Below, piece after piece: positions 1 to 5,752 of a stretch of DNA of 12,694 nt (positions are counted from its first letter, which is position 1; every line of letters starts with the position of its first letter). The notes below the pieces were generated by a model. It was given only the letters and a program-made list of their open reading frames with translations, made no database searches and was not told the origin of the DNA. This DNA is from Deinococcales bacterium (GTDB lineage Bacteria; Deinococcota; Deinococci; Deinococcales; JAAFIG01), in NCBI GenBank assembly GCA_013298185.1, contig JAAFJQ010000110.1:1-12694 (forward strand), given 5' to 3'. A program made the position numbers and the translations under genes.

Positions 1-578
1 CCAATCGGGTCAAACTGCTCGAGTTTATGCTTCGGCATGATTGGAAAGAAAGTCAGTACATTCAGAATCGCACCGTACTGCACAGGCATGACCACGCGAA
101 AGGTGCGATCATTGACTTTTTGGAACTTCAAGGCTTGCCCCCCAAGGCGCAACTGAGCTGTGAAATTGGCGCGTAGGTTGGCATTATTTGCCAGTGAATC
201 CACCGTAAAAATCACATCATCGGCGGTGAGCGGCGTACCATCCGACCATTTGATGTCACGCAGACGCATGGTTAGGCTCAAGCCATCTTCGGAAAATTGC
301 CACGATTCAACCAGACTTGGATAGATTTTATTGGTGTACGGATTGAGGGTCAGCAAACGATCAAAAACATTGTTCAGAACCGTTTGGGTTGCACCATCAA
401 TCGCATTGTAAAAATTAAAAGTCACAGGCGCAGAAGTGATGGTTTGAGTAAACACCCCACCGCGTTTGCCTTCTTGTTGAAACATCACGCTTGGCACAGT
501 TGCAGGGATGCTACCCTGAGCCACTGCCACGGTTGCCAACACACCAGCCACCAAGGCAAAACGAACTGATTTTTGCAT
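1..578 (-). CDS. ABC transporter substrate-binding protein, family 5 (peptide/oligopeptide/nickel type), N-terminal part; gene continues beyond window start
   Basis: Absent from the ORF track because it runs off the window edge. The reverse complement from ATG at 578..576, with an AAGGAGG SD just upstream (+583-589), reads MQKSVRFALVAGVLATVAVAQGSIPATVPS (signal-peptide-like). It continues ...DRLLTLNPYTNKIYPSLVESWQFSEDGLSLTMRLRDIKWSDGTPLTADDVIFT..., typical of SBP_bac_5 N-termini. I saw no stop codon down to position 1. Confidence 0.8.
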   Translation of the reverse strand, partial: MQKSVRFALVAGVLATVAVAQGSIPATVPSVMFQQEGKRGGVFTQTITSAPVTFNFYNAIDGATQTVLNNVFDRLLTLNPYTNKIYPSLVESWQFSEDGLSLTMRLRDIKWSDGTPLTADDVIFTVDSLANNANLRANFTAQLRLGGQALKFQKVNDRTFRVVMPVQYGAILNVLTFFPIMPKHKLEQFDPI

Positions 579-648
579 ACTTCCTCCTTGAAGTTTTTTG
601 AACTGTGTGCATTCTGACTTTTTAAGCGCCAAAATTCAAGAAGGGGAC

Positions 649-1746
649 TTATGAACCGCTCAACACGAATTCTCGAGGGTACAAAGTGCTGGCTTCGATA
701 CCCTCGAGCCACATTCGCTTGGTTTTCTGATTCCATGCTCGAGTCAGGTTGGGGATGTTATCCAAAGTCAGATCCGACTCGAGCATCCCAGTTCCAAGGA
801 GTTTTTGTAGCCAAGGGATTTTGTACTCAGCTCCGAATTCCTTAGCCACCACCAGCAAACTCAGACCAATCGGCAGCATATCCTCGAGTTGCCCCGTGAT
901 ATGGATTTGCGCTCCTGAGCAAAGTAAAGCATTGTGTTTTTGATAAGTTGGCGTAAAAAACGTGGGGCGAAAATGCACGCCCTGCAAACCCAATGAATTC
1001 AGTCTCGAGACCAGTTTATGAGCATCCACCTTGGGCGCACCAAAAACCTGAAAGGGGAGAGCTGTACCACGTCCCTCAGACCAATCCGTGCCTTCCACCA
1101 AGCACATGGCAGGGTACAGCAAAGCCGTCTCGAGGGTGGGCATGTTTGGGCTAGGCGCAACCCAAGGCAGTCTATCCTCGAGATCACACTTGATAACCTC
1201 GAGACCATCCCAATCGAGCGACAAGTGAATTGCCATTTCACCATAGGTCAAACCAAAACGCAGTGGCACATCGGCAATACCCACAAACGAAGCGTACTTT
1301 TCCTCGAGCATCGCGCCTTCAATGCGGTTCCCATTGGGGTTCGGGCGATCAAGGATAATCAGTGGAACTTCGGCTGCACGGCAAGCCTCGAGCAGCCGCG
1401 CTAAGCTGGTGAGGTACGTGTAGAAACGCGTGCCAACACTTTGAATATCAAACAAAACGCAACTCAGACCTCTGATTGCTTCGACGACTTCTTCTGGTTT
1501 CTTGTCGTAAAGTGTGACCACAGGCAAACCAGAAGCGGTATCTACAGCCACCTCTGGGGCTTCGCCTTCCTTACCTGAACCATCTATGCCGTGTTCAGGC
1601 GCAAATAACTTCTCGAGCTTCATACCTGCTTTTTGAATCGCCACGGCGGCTGGCGTGAAATCTCGAGTGATGCCAGTGTGGTTGGTGTACAGCGCAGCGC
1701 GTCCAAGGTTTTTTGGGTTGGCAATCAATCGCTCGAGTCCTGTCAT
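649..1746 (-). CDS. DUF1343 family protein (NamZ-like exo-beta-N-acetylmuramidase family)
   Basis: 365-aa ORF. The N-terminus ...GRAALYTNHTGITRD and the internal LILDRPNPNGNRIEG motif are characteristic of DUF1343/NamZ proteins. It carries 14 CTCGAG sites in 1.1 kb, the highest density in the window. Confidence 0.8.
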   Translation of the reverse strand: MTGLERLIANPKNLGRAALYTNHTGITRDFTPAAVAIQKAGMKLEKLFAPEHGIDGSGKEGEAPEVAVDTASGLPVVTLYDKKPEEVVEAIRGLSCVLFDIQSVGTRFYTYLTSLARLLEACRAAEVPLIILDRPNPNGNRIEGAMLEEKYASFVGIADVPLRFGLTYGEMAIHLSLDWDGLEVIKCDLEDRLPWVAPSPNMPTLETALLYPAMCLVEGTDWSEGRGTALPFQVFGAPKVDAHKLVSRLNSLGLQGVHFRPTFFTPTYQKHNALLCSGAQIHITGQLEDMLPIGLSLLVVAKEFGAEYKIPWLQKLLGTGMLESDLTLDNIPNLTRAWNQKTKRMWLEGIEASTLYPREFVLSGS

Positions 1747-1799
1747 TTGGTTTATTCTAGCGGTTTTTGTGTAACCAGAAAATGCGGATTAATTGCAGA

Positions 1800-1973
1800 T
1801 TACTTTTTGCCGTACAATTGCAAACCAACTCGCCGCAAGGGGCAATTGTTGAACTTGCATTTTCTTCCATTGTTTCTGAGGGCGTTCAGTTCTGATTGGT
1901 TAAATCGTTCTTTGCATCGTGGACATTTTGTTTTTGAATCCAGACTAAACCATTCTAAAATTCTTGTCAGCAT
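1800..1973 (-). CDS. Small Cys4 zinc-ribbon protein, copy 1 (57 aa), putative phage-type regulator
   Basis: Below the 60-aa cutoff of the ORF track. ATG at 1973..1971 is preceded by GAGG with a 7-nt spacer (minus-strand gaggtaatccaATG), and the TAA stop is at 1802..1800. Product: MLTRILEWFSLDSKTKCPRCKERFNQSELNALRNNGRKCKFNNCPLRRVGLQLYGKK, with a CxxC-x18-CxxxxC pattern. It is 75 percent identical to the copy at 9378-9557. The differences include multi-nucleotide synonymous changes in this frame (Arg CGA/AGG, Leu CTG/TTA, Arg AGA/CGA). Confidence 0.8.
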   Translation of the reverse strand: MLTRILEWFSLDSKTKCPRCKERFNQSELNALRNNGRKCKFNNCPLRRVGLQLYGKK

Positions 1974-1998
1974 TGGATTACCTCAAGAAGCATTCCAT

Positions 1999-2026
1999 AT
2001 TTTACCAATGTTTTAAGTTTTGTAAA
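1999..2026 (-). promoter_or_regulatory. Predicted sigma70-like promoter for zinc-ribbon gene copy 1
   Basis: The minus strand reads TTTACA, a 16-nt spacer, then TAAAAT (+2026..2021 and +2004..1999), about 25 nt upstream of the ATG at 1973. This is a pattern match only. Confidence 0.35.
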
Positions 2027-2080
2027 GTTTTGAGCATGGAGATGATTCAAAAATCTCCGAATTTGAATTGAGCTAATCTA

Positions 2081-2098
2081 TACTTACGTTATGGTTAA
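2081..2098. repeat. 18-bp exact direct repeat TACTTACGTTATGGTTAA, left copy (candidate recombination core, attL-like)
   Basis: Identical to 9786-9803, and the flanking sequence on both sides is unrelated. It contains the ATG (2091) of the first phage ORF. Confidence 0.6.
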
Positions 2099-2333
2099 GG
2101 TAACAAAGTTTAACGCTCCATGCGTAAAACACGAAAATCTTAACACTTTACGACTTGCAAGTATTGAAACGAAATACAATGTTGAAATTGCTTTTTTTAT
2201 GCTTGCTCCACATGTTCCTGATAGGTTTATTGCCTTTGCATTTTCCAGTAAAGGTAAGTATCTAGTCCGTTCTGAGTCTGCTCGAGTCACTTTAAACCTT
2301 CTTGAATCACTTCTTTTAGGGGTGATTTCGTGA
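2091..2333 (+). CDS. Hypothetical protein (80 aa as integrated); possibly the 3' part of a gene split by integration
   Basis: The ORF has no SD upstream of its ATG, and that ATG lies inside the 18-bp repeat. Its stop overlaps the next start (GTGA at 2330-2333). It is in frame with the 21-codon ORF 9742-9807 across the repeat. Confidence 0.4.
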   Translation: MVKVTKFNAPCVKHENLNTLRLASIETKYNVEIAFFMLAPHVPDRFIAFAFSSKGKYLVRSESARVTLNLLESLLLGVIS

Positions 2334-2560
2334 AGCTACCTTCTTTAGGTCTAAGCAAGAGAAAGACACTCCTTAGCCGAACAGTCGCCCTTAATCGCTC
2401 AATCACAGTGCTTTCCCACTTAGACACATCACTCCTGTCGCAAACCCAAAAGCGAAAAGTATCCAAAAAAATTTCCTACCTTAAAGTAAAATACACTGTT
2501 CTCAACTCTGCTTTCGAACGTTCAAGAACACTTGAAACCCTCACAAAAGGGGTGTTTTGA
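2330..2560 (+). CDS. Hypothetical basic protein (76 aa)
   Basis: GTG start overlaps the upstream stop (GTGA), and its stop overlaps the next ATG (TGATGA). It is rich in K, R, S and T. I recognise no family. Confidence 0.4.
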   Translation: MKLPSLGLSKRKTLLSRTVALNRSITVLSHLDTSLLSQTQKRKVSKKISYLKVKYTVLNSAFERSRTLETLTKGVF

Positions 2561-2730
2561 TGACCTGCAAAGATTACCCACATTACTGCCGTATTGACTT
2601 GGCTTATGAGCGTTTACGCTACTTTCAGCTTAACAATCGTTTACCAAAAGAAACTAATGCTGCTATTACATATAAACTTATTACCCTTCGTTCTGCCATT
2701 GATCTTTTTGATGTATGGAGGAAAAAGTGA
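2560..2730 (+). CDS. Hypothetical protein (56 aa), not in ORF track
   Basis: ATG 2560 overlaps the preceding stop, and the TGA at 2728-2730 overlaps the GTG at 2727 of the Rep gene (GTGA). Product: MTCKDYPHYCRIDLAYERLRYFQLNNRLPKETNAAITYKLITLRSAIDLFDVWRKK. The only support is the chain of coupled starts and stops. Confidence 0.35.
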   Translation: MTCKDYPHYCRIDLAYERLRYFQLNNRLPKETNAAITYKLITLRSAIDLFDVWRKK

Positions 2731-4043
2731 CTCCTGTCACTGTTGGTCTTGGATGGTTACGGTTCACAACTCGAGGTATTCAAAACAACCAGCATATACA
2801 GCAGCTTCTGCAACTTCCCAGCAAACTCGAGTTTACAAAATGCCCCTCGTTGTTCAGGGGTTTTTACCCGTCCAAGGCTGTCGTGTACTTTGAGAGCTAC
2901 ACCATTACCATTGCCACTGACGGACATCGCACATACTGGGACATTCCACAAACCCACTGTCAGCTTCTTGGTGAGGCTGCACTCCGAGAGGTCGCCTTGT
3001 ACGCTCGAGATCGTTCCGCCGCAACATTTGGACGAGTTGACCCATATTTCCACGTTCCTAGAACGTCACTCACAATAAATAAAGTTATGCGCGATACAAA
3101 GCAAGGACGTGTTGTAACTCGCATCCGAGAAATCAAACCTCACCATGACATGGGGCAGCAGACTGGCTTAACCTTCGGCAAGCGTTCAAGTGATTTCTAC
3201 CTCCGAGTGTATGACGGCTATCTCGAGGCGCTTCAAAATAAACGAGACCCAGAGCAAAAAAATGTCATCGTCTTTGAGACAGAATTGAAGCATGACCGCT
3301 CAAACAATTTTGTAAACTATTGGCTCGAGAACGGTAATTTTGTCAAATCTGCTTCTGAGTTTCTTGTCAGCGCTGTTGACTTTCGCGCCAAGGATAACCA
3401 ACGCTCCAACCGCCGCACCCGCCTTTTTTGGTTTGAGTCCATCGTTGGTGGTGCTGCCAAAATCCAACAGCCTAAGAAGCCAGACTTAAAAACATATCTT
3501 GACCGCGCTGTTGATTGGCTGGACACCCAAGTTATGCCCACGCTGGGCGCTGTCGTAGCCCGTTACGGTCACGGCTGGCTGCTCGAGCAGTTGGCGACCA
3601 CCCTCCCCCGCTGGAGCGATAAGCAGTTCATCATATCGGGCAGAAACAAACAGTCTAGCCTGAGCATCAAAGAATACTTCAATGGCTCGAAACGCCAAGA
3701 AAAACACCGCTATGGCTTTGGCTGTGCCTCTGGCGAGTTTAACAGTGACTCACAATCAAAACAGACCTGTGTACCAAGCAACAAACGCATCAGCGGATAC
3801 ACACTTTTTGACAAAACTGGCACAAATTACCGTATCAAAGCCCAAACCCTCCTCCTCGAGACGTTTAAGGACGGGGGGGTATGTATTACCCCCCCTGTCA
3901 TGCCAGACCAAGCCGAAAAACAGCCGTCGTTCACGAGTCAAATTCTTAACACTAAATTTTGGTCAATTGGTTTTCTCCACCAGCTCGAGCTGCTTGAAAT
4001 TCCCAAGAACCAGTTTTTGACCTTGGCATTATCAACAGCTTAG
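2715..4043 (+). CDS. Rolling-circle replication initiation protein, Rep_trans-like (RstA / gII functional analogue)
   Basis: 442-aa ORF. Motifs GLGWLRFT near the N-terminus, FGKRSSDFYLRVYDG and VFETELKHDRS resemble replication initiation factor (Rep_trans) proteins of filamentous phages and RCR plasmids. The true start may be GTG 2727, which has GGAGG 5 nt upstream, rather than ATG 2715. The gene sits first in the phage string. Confidence 0.75.
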   Translation: MEEKVTPVTVGLGWLRFTTRGIQNNQHIQQLLQLPSKLEFTKCPSLFRGFYPSKAVVYFESYTITIATDGHRTYWDIPQTHCQLLGEAALREVALYARDRSAATFGRVDPYFHVPRTSLTINKVMRDTKQGRVVTRIREIKPHHDMGQQTGLTFGKRSSDFYLRVYDGYLEALQNKRDPEQKNVIVFETELKHDRSNNFVNYWLENGNFVKSASEFLVSAVDFRAKDNQRSNRRTRLFWFESIVGGAAKIQQPKKPDLKTYLDRAVDWLDTQVMPTLGAVVARYGHGWLLEQLATTLPRWSDKQFIISGRNKQSSLSIKEYFNGSKRQEKHRYGFGCASGEFNSDSQSKQTCVPSNKRISGYTLFDKTGTNYRIKAQTLLLETFKDGGVCITPPVMPDQAEKQPSFTSQILNTKFWSIGFLHQLELLEIPKNQFLTLALSTA

Positions 4044-4123
4044 TGAGAAATTTCGTAATTTACAAAAAAAACTAACTCAATTATCTTATCTCCAGCTTAA
4101 ACAGCTAAAGGAGATGTGAACGT

Positions 4124-4399
4124 ATGCGTGCAACGTTTCAAGGTACATTGGTTAGGATTTTTCAAAAGGAACAGACTCGAGATGGTGTTAAGTCTGTTAC
4201 ACCCACAGCTGAACTTTTGGTGGTCGGTACTGGCAATGCTTCTGGTAGCGAACTGGTTCAGGCTGCCATTGACCCATCCGCCGACATCGGCAAGTTAAAG
4301 ACAAACCTTGCCTACCAAGTGACGGCTGAGATAAAGGCTTGGGGCATGAATGGGCGCAGTGGTCTCAGCGTCAAAAACGCCACCTTCGCGGGGCTGTAA
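4124..4399 (+). CDS. Candidate ssDNA-binding protein (gV-like by size and position)
   Basis: 91-aa ORF immediately after Rep, with AGGAG upstream. Its size and position match inovirus gV. I cannot verify a diagnostic motif by eye. Confidence 0.45.
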   Translation: MRATFQGTLVRIFQKEQTRDGVKSVTPTAELLVVGTGNASGSELVQAAIDPSADIGKLKTNLAYQVTAEIKAWGMNGRSGLSVKNATFAGL

Positions 4400-4551
4400 T
4401 GTTTTTCAGGGTTCTCATTGGTTTGTGTATTGCCCTCTGGGTGGCAATTGTGGCGCGTGACGGCTACATCAGCCAATTTTCTGCTATGACTGCCATGGGG
4501 ATTGCCATATCCCTTTTGTTTTCACTGCTGAAGCATGGTCATGATGCTTAG
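4399..4551 (+). CDS. Small membrane protein (50 aa, two hydrophobic segments)
   Basis: ATG overlaps the stop of 4124-4399 (TAATG). Product: MFFRVLIGLCIALWVAIVARDGYISQFSAMTAMGIAISLLFSLLKHGHDA. The track ORF 4339-4551 is the same frame with an upstream start inside the previous gene. Confidence 0.5.
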   Translation: MFFRVLIGLCIALWVAIVARDGYISQFSAMTAMGIAISLLFSLLKHGHDA

Positions 4552-4801
4552 GTTGTTTGTCATTTGCATAGTTGCGTTTGGTTCTCTCGCATTCGCACAG
4601 CTACCCGAAACCCCTCAACCTCCTGTTAATTGTCTCACACAGCCCGAGTGTGACTTGTATATTGCCCAGCGCCTGTACGACCTCGAGAACCGAGAACGCA
4701 CTAACCCAGTCTGGTATGGCTCCGATTCTGGCAAATTTGTAGCTGCTATCTTCGTGTTTGCTGTCGGTTTTGCCCTTGGTCGCACAACCGCGTTGTTATG
4801 A
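4535..4801 (+). CDS. Secreted/membrane-anchored small protein (88 aa)
   Basis: N-terminal signal-peptide-like segment (LFVICIVAFGSLAFA/QL) and a C-terminal hydrophobic segment (FVAAIFVFAVGFALG). In-frame alternative ATGs are at 4541 and 4544. Confidence 0.5.
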   Translation: MVMMLRLFVICIVAFGSLAFAQLPETPQPPVNCLTQPECDLYIAQRLYDLENRERTNPVWYGSDSGKFVAAIFVFAVGFALGRTTALL

Positions 4802-4808
4802 GGTTCAA

Positions 4809-4928
4809 ATGATTGAATCTGTTCATAATCTTGTATTAACTACTGTTGGCGTACTCGTTCCCTGCATCATCGCACTTGTGAGTTATGCAGTGATTGCAGC
4901 AACAGCCGATGAGGTTTCGCGTGAATGA
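4809..4928 (+). CDS. Small single-pass membrane protein (39 aa), minor-coat-like (gVII/gIX size class)
   Basis: Not in the ORF track. GAGG lies 5 nt upstream of ATG 4809. Product: MIESVHNLVLTTVGVLVPCIIALVSYAVIAATADEVSRE. Confidence 0.45.
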   Translation: MIESVHNLVLTTVGVLVPCIIALVSYAVIAATADEVSRE

Positions 4929-5031
4929 CCAACAGTTTTTAGCAAGTTTGTTCATTGCTGGTGTGATTTTTGGTGCTATCTCGGGCGCATTGCAAACCAT
5001 TGTTCGTGCTTACAGGGGTCGCCGTGGCTGA
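4921..5031 (+). CDS. Small single-pass membrane protein (36 aa) with basic C-terminus, minor-coat-like
   Basis: Not in the ORF track. GTG start has GAGG 6 nt upstream and overlaps the previous ORF by 8 nt. Product: (M)NDQQFLASLFIAGVIFGAISGALQTIVRAYRGRRG. Confidence 0.4.
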   Translation: MNDQQFLASLFIAGVIFGAISGALQTIVRAYRGRRG

Positions 5032-5161
5032 TATTTGGGATGGTGCTGCTGCACAAATTAGCGCTGGTGCTGTGCCAGTCTTTGCGATCCTCGCCGCTGT
5101 CCTGGTTATTTTCATTGTTTCAATGGTCGTCTGGGCAATCATCAGTAATACCAAGAAATAG
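5024..5161 (+). CDS. Coat-like protein without signal peptide (45 aa; acidic N-terminus, TM, KK tail)
   Basis: Same frame as track ORF 4970-5161. A GTG at 5024, preceded by AGGGG, overlaps the stop of the previous ORF. Product: (M)ADIWDGAAAQISAGAVPVFAILAAVLVIFIVSMVVWAIISNTKK. The layout is like leaderless inovirus coat proteins of the Pf3 type. Confidence 0.45.
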   Translation: MADIWDGAAAQISAGAVPVFAILAAVLVIFIVSMVVWAIISNTKK

Positions 5162-5205
5162 GGTTTTCCGCCCATCGTGGCGTAACCAACAAGGAGGCAA
5201 CTACC

Positions 5206-5433
5206 ATGTTGCAAAAAATTTATAAAAGCCGTCCTGCTCGTCTCGCCCTGACCCTTGCTGTCGTCGCTGCTGCAAACCTTGCACACGCGCAGGCAACACC
5301 ACCAGCAGCGTTTACTGAGACAAGCCTCAGTGGTGTTTTGGCAATCGTTCTCGCGTTTATCGGCGTTGGTGTATCCATCGCCTTGGCGATGACGATTTTC
5401 AAAGTCGGCAAACGCGCTCAGAACAAGGTCTAA
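5206..5433 (+). CDS. Major coat protein candidate (gVIII-like) with signal peptide
   Basis: Strongest SD in the window (AAGGAGG, 8-nt spacer). The signal peptide MLQKIYKSRPARLALTLAVVAAANLAHA is followed by a mature part of about 47 aa. That part has a neutral/acidic N-terminus, the hydrophobic core GVLAIVLAFIGVGVSIALAMTIF and the basic tail KVGKRAQNKV. A hairpin terminator follows directly, as after gVIII in Ff phages. Confidence 0.75.
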   Translation: MLQKIYKSRPARLALTLAVVAAANLAHAQATPPAAFTETSLSGVLAIVLAFIGVGVSIALAMTIFKVGKRAQNKV

Positions 5434-5446
5434 ACAGCCGAGTATT

Positions 5447-5484
5447 CAGACCGCTATCTTTTGTTTAGCGGTCTGATTTCATTT
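5447..5484 (+). terminator. Rho-independent-type terminator after the major coat gene
   Basis: Perfect 10-bp stem CAGACCGCTA/TAGCGGTCTG (5447-5456 and 5466-5475) with a 9-nt loop, followed by the T-rich ATTTCATTT. Confidence 0.6.
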
Positions 5485-5495
5485 AGGGGTGAATT

Positions 5496-5621
5496 ATGGA
5501 ACAAATAAACGGCATGATGTGGATGTTTGCAGTAGCACTTGGTCTTACTGCTGCCGTCATTGTTGGCGGCGTTTCACTTTATTTCTGGCTCAAGAAAAAG
5601 GGAAGAGAGGAGGGCTATTAA
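5496..5621 (+). CDS. Small single-pass membrane protein (41 aa)
   Basis: Not in the ORF track. GGGG lies upstream of ATG 5496. Product: MEQINGMMWMFAVALGLTAAVIVGGVSLYFWLKKKGREEGY. Its stop overlaps the next start (TAATG). Confidence 0.45.
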   Translation: MEQINGMMWMFAVALGLTAAVIVGGVSLYFWLKKKGREEGY

Positions 5622-5752
5622 TGGACCAAATCATTGCTGTCATCATTGACTTAGGTACTAAGGTTGGTCAAGCTCGAGACGCACTCTTTGTTATCCTTGG
5701 TGTGCTGCTCGTCATTGGTGTTACTTGGGCGATTGCCAACAGGGTAAAATAA
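5621..5752 (+). CDS. Small single-pass membrane protein (43 aa), coat-like layout
   Basis: In-frame internal ATG of track ORF 5489-5752, preceded by AGAGGAGG and coupled to the previous stop. Product: MDQIIAVIIDLGTKVGQARDALFVILGVLLVIGVTWAIANRVK. Confidence 0.45.
   Translation: MDQIIAVIIDLGTKVGQARDALFVILGVLLVIGVTWAIANRVK

Noticed and set aside
297-943. Short ORFs 297-569 (+), 485-736 (-), 651-845 (+) and 749-943 (+).
   Set aside because: They overlap the ABC-SBP fragment and the NamZ gene on the opposite strand or in another frame, and they have no supporting signals.
1633-2016. Plus-strand ORFs 1633-2016 and 9151-9639 have C-terminal translations that look conserved (..KPTR..GQLLNLH..PLFL..LNRSLH.GHFV.ES..NHSKI).
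   Set aside because: The conservation is the antisense shadow of the minus-strand zinc-ribbon genes, whose wobble positions coincide with this frame. Multi-nucleotide changes are synonymous only on the minus strand (Arg CGA/AGG, Leu CTG/TTA). The minus frame has matched ATG and stop codons and a Cys4 motif. The plus ORFs start inside NamZ or in non-coding DNA without an SD.
4116-4298. Alternative-frame ORF 4116-4298 (GTG start) overlapping the ssb candidate.
   Set aside because: Its GTG is only 2 nt from the SD, and its product is low-complexity. The 4124-4399 frame ends exactly at the next coupled start.
5489-5752. Track ORF of 87 aa spanning 5489-5752.
   Set aside because: Its first half (MNYGTNKRHDVDVCSSTW...) is the wrong frame over a better 41-aa membrane ORF (5496-5621, with an SD). 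Only the part from the internal ATG 5621, which has an SD and is coupled to the upstream stop, looks real.
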